DNA of 64,000 nucleotides from Octopus vulgaris (Eukaryota), in the NCBI GenBank assembly GCA_951406725.2, contig OX597819.1:60574001-60638000 (forward strand), given 5' to 3'. A program made the position numbers and the translations under genes. The notes under the pieces are model-generated. The model did no database searches. It was given only the letters and a program-made list of their open reading frames with translations, and was not told the DNA's origin. Below, piece by piece: positions 39,531 to 53,335 of this stretch. Position 1 is the first letter of the stretch. Each line of letters begins with the position of its first letter.

Positions 39531-39856
39531 ATCTACCTTCACCAGACAACGTGCAAACACACACGCACGCGCGCGCACAATACATATATTGTAAATATAT
39601 GCATATGCATTCAACTTATTCTTCAATTTAATTTTTTTCTCCCTTTCTGTTTCACATGTATTTCTTTCCTCTATTTTTGTTCTATTAATTTCTCTTTTTC
39701 TTTTCTAGTTTTGATTTATTTTTCACAATATCTCTTAATCTTTCATTGCAATACTAAGGGGAAATAATTCATGTCTGACGGAAACTGAAATGGTTTACTT
39801 TTCCCAACTATCCATCCTAGAAAAGTTGAGAACAAGCGCGCACGCACACACGCACG

Positions 39857-39952
<96 letters not shown>

Positions 39953-40156
39953 GCGAAAGAGCGTGAGAAAGAAAGGAATGCATATATATATATATATATA
40001 TTCTCTCTAGTTTCAGCTCAGAGCTGCGGCCATACTGATGCACCACCGTTATATATATATATATATATATAATTGTTTATATATATTATGTTCATCAATG
40101 TGTGTGCGTGTGTACTTTCATTTAGATTATCTATCTAAATGAAAATACACATACAC

Positions 40157-40192
<36 letters not shown>

Positions 40193-41787
40193 TGAAGATT
40201 GGCAGTCAAACTGAAAAGATCGCATATTTGTATAGTGCCTTACCAAATTATACAATGTTATATAAAAAAAAATTATTCCATTTCCCATCTTCAATTTTGG
40301 TTACTAATCTAGTATCTCCCCACCACTTTGTCCTTACTCTATTCTCCTAATGTATATAACTTTCACTACGACATTCACTATCCCTCCACCGACTCCATCC
40401 CACTACTCTTAAAAACACACACATTGGACTTCAACGCTGTCCTTTGACTTCTACATACAAGTCAATGTGAATATATTCCTTTGTTTTGAACGCCTCTACT
40501 TTGTCGAAACTTGATCTGTGTCACCTCTCATTGAAAGCCATAAACAATTCTTCGAGCATTATCTTATATCCTTTTTCGTCTGTCTTTATGTTCTGAGTTC
40601 AAACTCCGCCGAGGTCGACTGTGCCTTTCATCCTTCCCGGGTCGATAAATTTAGTACCGGTTGCGTACTGAAGACGATCTAATCAACTGGCCCCCTCCCC
40701 CAAAATTTCGAGCTTTGTGCCTAGAGTAGAAAAGATTATTTTACATCTTTTGTGATTGATTTAAACTGATTGTTACCCACTTCTAAATTTCTGGCCTTGA
40801 ACCTATGTTAACAAACATCATTACTGTTCTGTTGTATGTGGGGAGAGTCATTTTCTTTTTATTTATAATTTAACACACTCACTGGGTAAAATTTCCACTT
40901 GTTTCTTATTTTTATTTTCCTAATATTTTCGTTGCGTCTTGCAACCTTTTCAATTGTCTTTTAAGGCACAAAAAGAAAATGACTCTCCCCAGACACAACA
41001 GAATATGCTTCAACACACGAACTCACATAAAGAATCTTGCAAACCAAATCCCAAAACGAAATATCATAGCATTTCGTCCGTCTTTACGTTATGAGTTCAT
41101 ATTCTATCGAGATCGACTCTACCTTTCATCCTTTCTGGGTCGATGAAATAAATACCAGTTGAGCACTGGAGTCGATCGACTAGCTCCCTCCACTAAAATT
41201 TCAGTCCGTTGCTTAAAAAAAAAAAAAGATCTTTCTAATTTTGGCACAAGGCCAACAACTTCGAAAGTAAGGAAGTCGATTACATTGACCCTTAATGTTC
41301 AACTGGTCCTATTTTTTTTTCTTATCAACCTCGAAAGAATGAGAGGTGAAGTTGATCTCAGTGGATTTTGGACCCAGTGAATGTAGAACTTGGGACAAAT
41401 AACGCAATATATATATATTTAAAAAAAACTTTCTTGTAATTCTGACATCTCGTCACTTTAAAGCAATAATAATAATAGATAAACACTAGTGTTAGAGCAT
41501 CTAAATTTAATGGTAAGGAAGAAATAAAAAAAATCAATTTTGGTTGTAATGTGTGCAGCAATCACATTGCACCTTTCCAAAAATAAAGATGTAGCAACGC
41601 AGGCCAACGTCACTTCAATCGACACACGATGCACTGAAGATCTAGAAATGTTAATGATGGCTATTCTCTTTATCTTTTAGGTGTTTCAGTCATTAGACTG
41701 CGGCCATGGTGGGGCACCGCATTGAACAGTTTTAGTGAAACAAATCAACCCCAGTACCTATGCATTCTCCTTAAAGTCTAGTATAAA

Positions 41788-42010
41788 TTTCTTTATTGCC
41801 CACAAGGGGCTAAACTTAGAGGGGACAAACAAGGACAGACAAAGGGATTAAGTCGATTACATCGACCCCAGTGCAAAACTGGTACTTTATTTATCGATCC
41901 CGAAAGGATGAAAGGCAAAGTCGACCTAGGCGGAATTTGAACTCAGGACGTAACGACAGACGAAATACCGCTAAGCATTTCGCCCGGCGCGCTAACGTGT
42001 CTGCCAGCTA
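41788..42010 (-). mobile_element. SINE S2 copy
   Basis: S2 motifs. Further copies at about 11475-11690(-), 28960-29097(-), 40574-40740(+), 41068-41220(+), 49844-50052(+) and 60814-61010(+). Confidence 0.85.
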
Positions 42011-42141
42011 TAGTATTTTTGGCCAAACCGTTAAGTTACAGGAACGTAAACAATACGAGCGGTGGAGATGGTGACATAGACACAAACGCGCGCACAAGCA
42101 CACAAGAAACCCCCCCCACACACACACACACAACGTAAGTA

Positions 42142-42341
42142 TATAGGTCCATTTCAGCTGGTCTAATCAATCGGTTTCGCATTGAGTATTAGATAATGGT
42201 GTATTATGGTGTCTGCCATATACCCTCCACTTCCACCTCTGATGAGCACGTGGTGTTATTTAACTGCGTTGTTATCTAATGTCCAGTTATCTAATACCCA
42301 GTGCGAAACAGATTGGTAAGATCGGGCGGAAATGGATCTAT
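42142..42341 (+). ncRNA. Hammerhead-ribozyme-like motif in an inverted-repeat (PLE pLTR-like) cassette
   Basis: CTGATGA-gcac...gtgc-GAAAC-agattg-GTA at about 42239-42318. Arms 42142-42200 and 42282-42341 are inverted. Stem I pairs poorly. Confidence 0.45.
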
Positions 42342-42464
42342 AATACTTTATTAACAAATATACGAGTGCATATTTCTGGCTTACCGATTCTCAGATGATT
42401 GATTATATAACACCTTTGTGCAAACTTCTCACACTTGTGTTTTTCTTGTTTTTGCTCATTCATC

Positions 42465-42519
42465 ATAGATAGATAGACAGATAGGCAGATACACAGGCAG
42501 ATAGACAAACAGACAGACT

Positions 42520-42574
<55 letters not shown>

Positions 42575-42575
42575 T

Positions 42576-42666
<91 letters not shown>

Positions 42667-42848
42667 GGATGGATAGATAGATAGATAGATTGGCAGACAG
42701 ACAGACTGATAGATAGATAGATACATACATACATGCACACATACATACATACATACATACATGCACACATACATACATACATGCACACATACATGCACAC
42801 ATACATACATACATACATACATACATACATACATACATACATACATAC
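42465..42848. repeat. Compound microsatellite (AGAT)n/(AGAA)n/(ACAT)n
   Basis: Direct inspection. Confidence 0.95.
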
Positions 42849-43271
42849 AACGGGCTTCTACGCAGTTTTCGTCTCCCAACTCACACTCACAAGGTATTGG
42901 TTGGCCAAGGATGTTGGTAGAAGGCACTTGTCCATGATGCCTCGTAGGAGGACTGAACCTCAAACCACGTAGTCGCAAAACGAACTTCTTAACGATGCTG
43001 CCATGCCTGTGCCTGTTTTAGGGTCTGTTCCAAACAAACTACAAGGGACTAATTCGAAGATAAGAAAATATGTAACAGATAAAATTAGAACACAGTCTGG
43101 TTTTCAATGCAACTTGTTTAAAAGAAACCCTACTGTTGTGACCTACTTCGGTGGTTGACTTTATCTGCCTCGCTTTTGACATCACCACCTGGCTCTGTGG
43201 TTGCCGTTAGTGGAGTCTGCTCTGTCAAGCATTCGGGCTGACGTTTAGGCAGACGATATTGGCTTCACGCA

Positions 43272-43312
<41 letters not shown>

Positions 43313-43737
43313 ATGTCCACACACACACACGAATGTCCACACACACGCACGCATACACACATATGCACACAAACACATGCACGCGCGCGCGCGCACACAC
43401 ACACACGACTATCCACATACTCTTAAATACATGCATGAATGCATATATGCATACATACCTACCTACTTGCAAGCATATATCCACACACGCACGCATACAC
43501 ACATATGCACACACACATGCACACGCATGCACACACACACACACGAATGTTCACATACTCATAAATACATGCATGAATGCATATATGTATACCTACCTTC
43601 CTACTTGCAAGCATACATACACATGTACACACACACACACACACACGCACGCACATACACATCACATCACATTCATACATTTATTTCTCACCAGATGGAG
43701 TACATTGTTGATCCTACTTAAAACGGATCTGTAAATT

Positions 43738-44440
43738 CTGTATGTGTGCGTGTGTGCTTTCTGACTCGGTCCCACTGTACGGCGCCTTAGGCAAGTCTCT
43801 CTTATTATAGGGCCGGGCCGACGAATGACTTGAGTGAGTAAATTTGTTTGGTGGAAACTGTGTGGAAGCTTGCCATATATATATATATGTGTGCGTGTGT
43901 GTGTATGTATATTTGTTCACACACGCGCACACGATTTAACAACCGGTGTTGGTTCGTTTACGTCCCCTTAACTTAGCGGTTCGACAAAAAAGGCAGATAG
44001 AATAAAGTACCAGACTCGAAAAAAAATCGAAATAGTTGGGTTGATTTGTTCGACTAAACCCTTCAAGGCGGTGCTCCAGCATGGCCACAATCCAATGAAT
44101 GAAACAAGACCGAAGACAGACGCACATACACATATTGTAGTGCTGAGTTTACTTTCTTTGATTACTCAAAGTTTCACGAATACCGCTAATCACGTAACTG
44201 AATTTTAAAACCTAAAACATGATATTTTATAACGAAATAATGTTTGTCCCCAACCCCTCACCATTGCTTGACAACCGATGTTGTTGTGTTTATGTCCCCG
44301 TAACTTAGAAATTCAGCAAAAGAGATCGATAGAATAAGTACCAGGCTTACAAAGAATAAGTCCTGGGGGTCGATTTGTTCGACTAAAGGCGGTGCTCCAG
44401 CATGGCCGCAGTAAACCAACTGAAACAAGTAAAAGAATAG
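43738..44440 (+). mobile_element. Diverged S1 SINE plus a second S1 tail fragment
   Basis: Head and tail motifs at 43738-44110; a further tail at 44242-44440. Confidence 0.75.
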
Positions 44441-44751
44441 AATACACACGTGCACGCATGTACACACACAGATAATGTATTATTGAAGATGAAAAGACTT
44501 CACCAGCTGTTACTCGGAGTTTCACACAACCGATTATCAGGCAGTCGTGAGTATTCAGAACTATAATATGGTTTCTGGAGTCTTTACAGTTTCAGATAAA
44601 ACGTTACATTTTATGGATGTATACCATCTCTGTCATAAATTCGACAAATTTAACACGAAATAACTTCTAAAATACGAAAATTTGTCAAAAACGTTCAGAG
44701 TAAACCGTGTTCTACGTGAGAAATTCTACCAGTATTCGAAGTTTCAAACTG

Positions 44752-45139
44752 TTTACTCTTTTACTTGTTTCTGTCATTTTGACTGCGGCCATGCTGGAGC
44801 ACCGCCTTTAGTCGAGCAAATCGACCCCAGGACTTAATCTTTGTAAGCCTAGTACTTATTCTATCAATCTCTTTTTGCTGAATCGCTAAGTTACGAGGAC
44901 GTAAACATACCAGCATCGGTTGTCAAGCGATGTTGGGGACACAAACACAAACATAAACACACACACACACACATATATATATATATGACGGGCTTCTTTC
45001 AGTTTCCGTCTACCAAATCTACTCACAAGGCTTTGGTCGGCCCGAGGCTATAGTGCCCAAGGTGCAACGCAGTGGGACTGAACCCGGAACCATGTTGTTG
45101 GTAATCAAGCTACTTACCACACAGCCACTCCTACGCCTG
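44752..45139 (-). mobile_element. SINE S1 copy, CpGs largely intact
   Basis: Similar to 1-415. Confidence 0.9.
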
Positions 45140-45703
45140 TTTAGTTAAAAAAAAAAAAATAATAATTAAAAAATCTGTGATTGTGATGGAATAGATCCCT
45201 TTTTACTCTGCCTTTGGTATACGAGTTCCCTTTTCTCCCAACTTGTTTTGCACCTCCGTGCTCGCATGTGTGTGCGTGTGCGTGTGTATATACGTGCATA
45301 TGTGCGTGCGTGTGTGTATGTGTGTTCGTGCGCGCGCGTCCCTATCCATGGCATTTCCTGCTTGAATGCAAAGCAAGCAATGTAGACCCAAAATTTCTAA
45401 ACAAATTCAAACAAATTAGAATGTAATGAAACACTGATTTTTGTGATAGACTCATTTATGTAACTTGATTTTCTAAACTAAGTTGTGTGTTCTAAGAATC
45501 GAGATTAGCTCTTCGCAGATATTTTATTTTTGTATTATTTCTGCTTGTTTCAGTTTCTTGATGTTTGCGGCCATGCTGTAGCTCCATATACGGCATTCCT
45601 TCATTACCGTTTATACATAGCTACAGAATGAAAGATGGACAGAGCTGTCTGTCTTTCTGTCCGTCATCTTGTCAGTAAATATGAATGTATTTATACGCAT
45701 ACA

Positions 45704-45744
<41 letters not shown>

Positions 45745-45776
45745 ACACTCACTCACTCACTCACTCACTCACTCAC

Positions 45777-45837
<61 letters not shown>

Positions 45838-45943
45838 ATATAGATATAAGCTTATGCATTTGCGCGCGTATACATATATTTAATGTTCGTACACACACGG
45901 TATACCTACACAAATGTGCCCCCTATTAGACTCAGCTTTCTCA

Positions 45944-46320
45944 TACCTTTCAGATTGTATTGATTCCAATTATATCGGAATTTACATAAGAGCAAAATAA
46001 AAAAATAAAAAATTGATTGTGCGCGCACAGAGACAAAAAAAAACAAAAAAAACAACAAAACAAGCAAACAGTAATTGGGCGCTCATATATGCATACTGAC
46101 ACACATCTCTCACACACTCACATGCACACACAAAATTGCAAACTGAAACCAGAAATTTTGAAAAAAAATTATGCAATGCGTTTTAGTATGCATGTGTGAG
46201 TGCCCACCAGTTTTATTTTTGCATATTAAATTCCGATATAATTGGAATCTGTGCTATGTGAAAGGTATTTGTAGAAAATTTCATTAAAAAAAATATCCAT
46301 TTCTATGAAAGTTATGAAGA
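45944..46320. mobile_element. MITE-like inverted-repeat element related to the subrepeat of 34781-36720
   Basis: IR tacctttca...gattccaattatatcggaattta / taaattccgatataattggaatc...tgaaaggta. The adjacent gaaaggtattt...aatttca...ccattt...tgaaagttatg is shared with 36537-36591. Confidence 0.6.
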
Positions 46321-46641
46321 AACAAATTCGAGTGAGAGAGGGGGTGGGACACATTTATGTAGGTACGACTCCACCCCCACTCAAATGCATACGCTCACGT
46401 GCCTCTATACTCACGCGCACACGCTCACACATATCCGTTCCGTATATGTATACATACACACGCATGCCCGAATGCATGCATATCTACATTTACATGCTCT
46501 CATACACACGTACATCTCCCACGCATACACCTCCCACACATTTAACACACCCGCATATCGATATGCCTCTGTGTCTGTGTGTGCGCGCTTGTATGTATCC
46601 TACCTATCCAGAACTATGCACACACATAAATATACATAGAC

Positions 46642-46677
<36 letters not shown>

Positions 46678-46679
<2 letters not shown>

Positions 46680-46955
46680 TCTTATATGTTTCAGTCCAAT
46701 GACTGTGGCCATGCTGGAGCACCGCCATTGTAATCATCTTTCCACTTTCCACCTTTGTCGGAGCGGTTTCTGGTGAAGGATGGAGTTCGATGCTTCTGCC
46801 CTCTTTTGGGTTTCTTTCTTAGATATTGGCTCATCCGGGATCTCGGCGAGCCAGAGGTCAAGTTCACGTTTGAAAACGTCTACATTCACTCCATGGAGGC
46901 TCCTCAGATGCTTCGGCATACAGTTAAACAGCTGTGGGCCCTTGAAACCCAAGCA
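46678..46955 (-). mobile_element. CR1-like LINE 3' end whose UTR matches the S1 SINE tail
   Basis: GFKGPQLFNCMPKHLRSL...VDVFKRELDLWL..IPDEP...SNSILHQ, immediately followed by ggcggtgctccagcatggccacagtc...actgaaac. Confidence 0.8.
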
Positions 46956-47052
46956 TATATATATATATATATATTTATACACACACACACACACATATAT
47001 ATATACCCAAATTTATATTCACATTCATACGTACATATTTATACACATGCAT

Positions 47053-47112
<60 letters not shown>

Positions 47113-47901
47113 CAGCACACATACACATCTCCAATCGCCCTCACAAATACGCGCGTATTTATCCATTCATCCATCTGTCAATCTGTTTTATGCAGCTGTC
47201 AGTCCGTCGATGTGTTTGTCCACCACTCACTATATCTGTTTATCCTTCCATCGTTCCGCCCACATATCCATGTGACCATGCATTTATTCACCACGCTTCC
47301 ATCTGCCTATCCATTACATTTATGTATATATCTATTTGCTTACTTATGCCTGCGTCTATTCATCCATCTGCATCTCTCTGTCTGTTATATGTTTGGGATC
47401 GTGGCGCTTGAGCGAACTAGGATAACGATTATTGCAAAGGTCAATAAAAAAAATAGGGAAATTTTTTTTTTAAATTAAAGAAAAATAACGAAATAAAATA
47501 GGGTAAAAAAATGAAAAGAAAACTGCAACAGAAAATGAAAAGAATAAAATTAAAAGGGCAATCCTTCGACGTTAGTACATAATGTCATTCACCCGCTCAA
47601 CCTTCCTTCGTGACACAAAGAGGCTAGGCTGAAAAAGAGGGTGAATGACGTTGTCTCCTCATACATTTTCTAGACCAATACCGAAGGAATACCATTAAAA
47701 GTAAATAGAAAATATACGAGCAAGAGTAAGAATGAGAATAAAGTAGAACTACAGCTACTCTCTGTCCGACGGACTTCCAAACATTTCTCTTCCAAATCCC
47801 GAATGTAGAATTTCTGGCAAAAGGCAGTCGTCCAAGTTGTCATATTGGACGGATCGAACTCGTGATCTTATAATCGTGAAGCCTTTAACATTTAATATGC
47901 A

Positions 47902-47952
<51 letters not shown>

Positions 47953-47989
47953 GTGTGCGCGTATAGCACGTGGGTTGTGTTGAAAATAA

Positions 47990-49183
47990 TGCAAAAATGG
48001 GCCTTTTTTTTTATTAACTATGATAGCGGTCGTTCATATTGCGCTTGTTGGTAGAGTAACTCTTCCTTTATACAATGGAACTATTCAACAGTCTCCATCA
48101 CAAGCGATTCATTTGCGCCAAAGTTGAAACCAGCCGGCGAATCTTCTTCGGAGTATTTCTGGTTTGCGTTGTTGTATCCGCTTTTTTCACAGCCACTTTC
48201 ACCTCGTCTGAGCCATCAAATTGCTGTCTCCGAAAACTGTTGTACATTGAACTGGACAGGTGGAAGTCAGAGGACCATAGATCCAGGCTTTTATAGTGGA
48301 TGGTAAGATCACTGACTAGACAATTTGCATATTGCCCGATTTGCTACAAAAGAATGTGTATGGTCGCGCCTTATGGTGAATTTGAATTGTTTTCAGATTC
48401 TTGTTCGATCTATTCTTACAGCGTCTCTCTCTAAGCTTTTTGACTGTCTCAATGTACGGCTCGCTATTTACGGTGCAGTAACATATCAGAACATCGAAGA
48501 GAATGACGCCCATGTCATTTCAAAACAGTTATTATGATCGCTGGTTCTTGAACATCTTAGACTTTGGAGAAGAGACGTGACGCTATCCCATGGACTGAGT
48601 TTTTGTTTCCGGATCTTAGAGATACGACCATGTTTTAACTCATTACCAGATCGGAGTGCGGTCGCGTTTTCATTGATTTCAAACGCTCCCAGTAGATCAG
48701 CAGACTTCCATCCTTCCCGCTGTCAAATTGGGTGTCAGTTGCAGAGGTACCGACTTTGCACACACTTTCCGATAACCAAAGTCTTCTACCATCTTCTGTA
48801 ATGCATTGTGACCACTGTCCAATTGTGCAGCAAGGTCACGGATTGCGGTTCGTCAACTCACTAGCGATTTGTGTCAGTGGTCGCAGCTGATCGTTTCTCA
48901 CAGCTCGTTATATATTCAGTGTTGTACTTCTTTCCTTAAACTTCTTCATTCATCTGTACACATTATTGTATTTCCGTAAACAACCGCCCGTGTCTTTCAT
49001 TGCTTTCTTTGGATATCAGACGGTCTGCAGCCTTTTCTTCGTAAAGAAATCAATTGCAATGAAGAATAGGAAAAGTAGTTACTATAGAAGAAGAGTTAGT
49101 CTACCAATATGTATAATTTGAACGACCTATCTCGGTTAATAAAAAAAATTAACTTTTACATTACTTTTGCTAGGGCCCTCGTA
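47990..49183 (-). pseudogene. Decayed mariner (DD34D-type) transposon with one TIR
   Basis: Broken motifs GVILFD...TVNSEPYIETVKKL...HHKARPY (HDNARPH-like), SDFHL and LGYRKVCA. TIR tacgagggccctagcaaaagtaatg at 49159-49183. Confidence 0.85.
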
Positions 49184-50984
49184 AAAATGAAAAATAATTT
49201 TGGTGAATAAAACGATGCAACAATAGGATCATAAATGTTTTGTAACGGGTTTTAGTTGATTTTTTTTTTGTAGTGTTAGAGTAAAACGTTTTGACGTTGA
49301 TGATTGATTCGCACAGATCCAGCGATTTTTCTGTCTCTAGATGGAATTATCTCAAGCGGTATTGAACTTCATGTCGGCACTTTGAGATGAGCTGAGATTC
49401 TTTATTCAATAGTTTATTATATCCTTTATTAGGATATTAAAGATCAAGATGACAACTTTGGGATACATTGATGTATGAGGTGGAATTTTTAATGACTGAC
49501 TAATATACTGCAATGTCTTTTTCATTTTGTCTTTAAAACCCAATTGTATTTAGCCAGTGACCCTGTGTTTCAGTATTTTGGGACAAAAGGAGAACGAATG
49601 ATGCGTTTTGTTGCTTTTAAATGAATTGGTTGTAAGACCCGGTATAATTTCTGTTTAGTCCACATGAACAAACTTTGGTGAAGGGTTCAGGCCTTTATAT
49701 TTTTATTCGTGATTTTGCTTGTGTGTTTGTACGATTTCTTTTATTAATCTTTGATGCTGAAATGGCGAGATTTTCAGTGTAACTACAGCCGTTTCTGTAC
49801 TTTTGTTTAAGCCTGTGTGTGTTAGGAAAGTGGCTATGTATTAGGCTGGCAGAATCGTTAGCACTCCGGGGAAAATGCTTAACAGTATTTCGTCCGTCCT
49901 TACGTTCTGAGTTAAAATCCCGCCGAGATCGACCTTACGTTTCATCTTTTCGGGATCGATAAAAAAAAAATACCAGTTGAGGATTGGGATCGATGTAGTC
50001 GACTAAATCCTTCCCCGAAATTGCTGGCCTTGTGCCATCATTTGAAATCATTATTGGTACTTTGCATGTATTGTATTTTGTTTTTGAAACCACTCTCTGT
50101 TAAGGCGTTGTAACAATAAAAGGCAGCATTGAAGGACTCTTCATTGAACAAGATGAACATCTACTAATGTTGCTTACTAGTTTGTTTGTTTTTTATAAGA
50201 CTAAAGGGTAGTGATTAGATAGTTTATTTAAATATGGGATCTTTTCATTGCTTTTATGAAAGGAAGATATTTTACTTGTATTTTGAGTTTAAAGTCATAT
50301 CCAGGAAATTGATACTCTTCATATTAGAATTTACTGTGAGTTTTGGAATTATCTAAGCGTGCCTACAACTCGTTTATGGACCTTATTAGGGTAGGTCTAA
50401 TAAAGAGCCGATCATGATCAGACCACCGTCTCTGTGCAGACCTATTTTCTAAATGGACAATAGATTGACTTATGTAAAGATATAAAGATAGACAAATAAG
50501 TATAATGATTCCTGATAGAGTAGATAGATAGATAGAGGGAGAGAGAGAGAGAGAGAGTGAGAGTGAGAGAGAGAGAGAAGACAAATATGATCAATTACAG
50601 ATAAATACTTGTGTTCATGTGAATATGATACGCACACCACAACATACTTGAGGTAGGAAAATGAAAGTAATCTAGTTTAATCCACTACACACCCGAAGAG
50701 ACAACACTAACATGCATACCTGCATTTGAGCTTTGACTCTTGCTACTTAAACCAAGCCATGCAACTTTAAATCTCTAAAGCATATAATTGAAATATATTA
50801 TGTATAGCATGTTATATACCTTTTTTTAAGTAGGTAGTCTCGTAAAACGAATGATTTACACTAAAACCAGATTTGTCATCTGGGTTCGTATGTATGTATG
50901 TATGTATGTATGTATGTATGTATGTATGTATGTATGTATGTATGTATGTATGTATGTATGTATGTATGTATGTATGTATGTATG

Positions 50985-51025
<41 letters not shown>

Positions 51026-51068
51026 GAAATATGTTACAGAAAGAAAATAGAAACTACACATGAAAATG

Positions 51069-51190
51069 TAAGGGGAAGTTAAAAAGAAAAATAAGCGAAA
51101 ATGCACATTGGAAAAAAAAAAAAGTAAAGCCTTTACATTTTTTTATATTTCCAATGTGCATTTTCGCTTATTTTTCTCCTTACTTCCCCC

Positions 51191-51195
<5 letters not shown>
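51069..51195. repeat. Near-perfect ~125-bp palindrome
   Basis: ggggaagt...gaaaaataagcgaaaatgcacattggaaa...gtaaag c ctttac...tttccaatgtgcattttcgcttatttttc...acttcccc. Confidence 0.85.
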
Positions 51196-51262
<67 letters not shown>

Positions 51263-51292
51263 ATATATATATACATACATATATATGTATAT

Positions 51293-51363
<71 letters not shown>

Positions 51364-52592
51364 CAAGATAAGAAAATGGAGAAATACATCTAAATCAAAT
51401 ATCAATTACCAGATAATACTCAATCACATACTTTATTAAACCACCACATAAGAGACTGTAGGCTTAAACATAAAAAAGCAGAACAAATCAGTGTACATAA
51501 AGGAATGTACATAAAAAAGTGTAACCCCTATCTCAATTTGTATATATATATATATATATATATTACAAATATATATATATATATATATATATGCACAAAC
51601 ATGCATACACTGTGCCTATCTGGTATTTTGTTGAATATATTTTAGCTGACATATTTAAAATGTATCACCTTTCCATTAATTGTCTGAATATCTTAATGTA
51701 CAATATTTAGTTCTCATTTCATTCGTTTTAATTCACATTGGTTTATTCTACATCTTGTAGAAATAAACAAATAAAAAGTCGTTCTGAGATTCACTAAAGA
51801 TGTAAAATCAGGCTGTTATTACATCTATTATTGATTTTTCTTTTGGCCTGAATCTTAAAGGTGAATGTCCTTTTGACGGTGATTACTATGCCATGGAATA
51901 AGAACAAGTAGCTATATTTGCTAAGATTTTCAAAGTCTGTCTTCTTAGAACCAGGCCCTTAATTAGCATTATATTTACGAGCTGTTAACTTTGGAGCTAT
52001 TTCCCCTCGTTTATCGACCATGCACTTAGCACTTCATCCACACCTGTACAAACACATCCAGTACCATTCCGTACTGTATGGAATCCCGCTTTACTTACGT
52101 TTCTCTTTCCCTTTAACCACTTACCTAATTGAACATTAACCGTTTTAATCATTCGTCCTTTACTCGAACCTAACAAGGCCCGAGAAAGCTGCGGGGTTTC
52201 ACATCTCTGATGAATGTTAAATCATAAAAATGATGCAGATAAATACAAGAAAAAACGAAGAATTTTCTGTTTGCTAAAAACACAAATGTATTAAAATATC
52301 AACATAATACTCTATAGATATCTAAGAATTTATCTTAATTCCAGGACATTTATGGTCTGCAATTTGGAGAATTTTTTTCAAAAAAAGTGAAGAAAAAGAA
52401 AACTTTATTTTGAAACTTTGAGGTGTATTTTTTGCCACACTGTTATATACTATATCCTTATCTCCCAAACTACGACTCTTCAATCCTCTTAACAAAAGAA
52501 AACTGTAAAAAGCCCATCTATTTCTATAACACATGATGCCTACTGTAAAGAGATGTAACACTGGCACGAAGTAGTAGATATGCGTTATTGGA

Positions 52593-52610
52593 GGTGATGA
52601 CGTCATCACC
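52593..52610. promoter_or_regulatory. Perfect 18-bp palindrome containing a full CRE/ATF site (TGACGTCA)
   Basis: ggtgaTGACGTCAtcacc, about 740 bp upstream of the exon 1B ATG. Confidence 0.5.
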
Positions 52611-53123
52611 ATCAAAATTCTTCCTTTTCTTCGCCCACAGCTTCATGATGAAGACAATTGAATAGTTATCGAACATACATACGTTTATAATGAATGAATA
52701 AAGACAAACATCTCGGATCGACTTTAGCTAGCTGTATTTAGTTTTGTTCGTTCTTGTCATTTTATCTGCACAGTGAATCTATCGTTACAAAAGTGGCTGC
52801 GACTACAGACTGAATAGAGTTGCACGCTCGTGCTAGATAGAAATATGGTATATATAGTATATTGGTGGAAGAGGGGAGGGGTGTAAACAAAGAAGTAAAG
52901 TGAAACATAGAGAGGGTGGGAGGGATAGAGAGAGAAAGTGAGAAAGAGTGAGAGAAGAAGGGAGAAAGAAAACGCGCGGGCGAGCGAAATAGAAAGAGAA
53001 ACAACCTTGTGTAATAGACCAGTGTGGAACAGAGACTAGAAAGGCTGTAAGAAAGAGAGAGAGAAAGATTTAATTGGTAACGTTAATTCTTGCTATAATA
53101 GAGAAAGATTTATTGGTTCTTTT

Positions 53124-53335
53124 AGCAACGAGGAGTTGCCTCTCTGACAACAATAATGTTAATATCAAGTAGCGTGACAACACACAGAAGGAATAAGTAA
53201 CTCGCTTTCAGACGCTGCGGGTTTCTTTCTCCTTTACGTTCTGGGATATACGACGAATACAACCAAACCACTTGGGTATTTCACATAAGTTCAATTTGAT
53301 TTTAATTTGTCTGTCTAACATCATCATTCATAATC
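53124..53335 (+). promoter_or_regulatory. Conserved core-promoter/5'UTR block upstream of EFHD2 exon 1B
   Basis: The sequence aggagttgcctctctgacaacaat...ttaatatcaagtagcgtgaca...acacaga...aagtaactcgctttcagac is paralogous to about 31593-31682. Both blocks are preceded by GA-rich tracts. Confidence 0.7.

Noticed and set aside
43330-43630. ~140-bp tandem duplication within a (CA)n region
   Set aside because: Local slippage duplication of microsatellite-rich DNA; no functional signal.
46755-47411. 218-aa ORF
   Set aside because: Antisense CR1 fragment plus microsatellites.
52203-52240. atct-CTGATGA-atg...cat-AAAA...agat hammerhead-like motif
   Set aside because: The essential GAAA and cleavage triplet are absent; at best a dead remnant.
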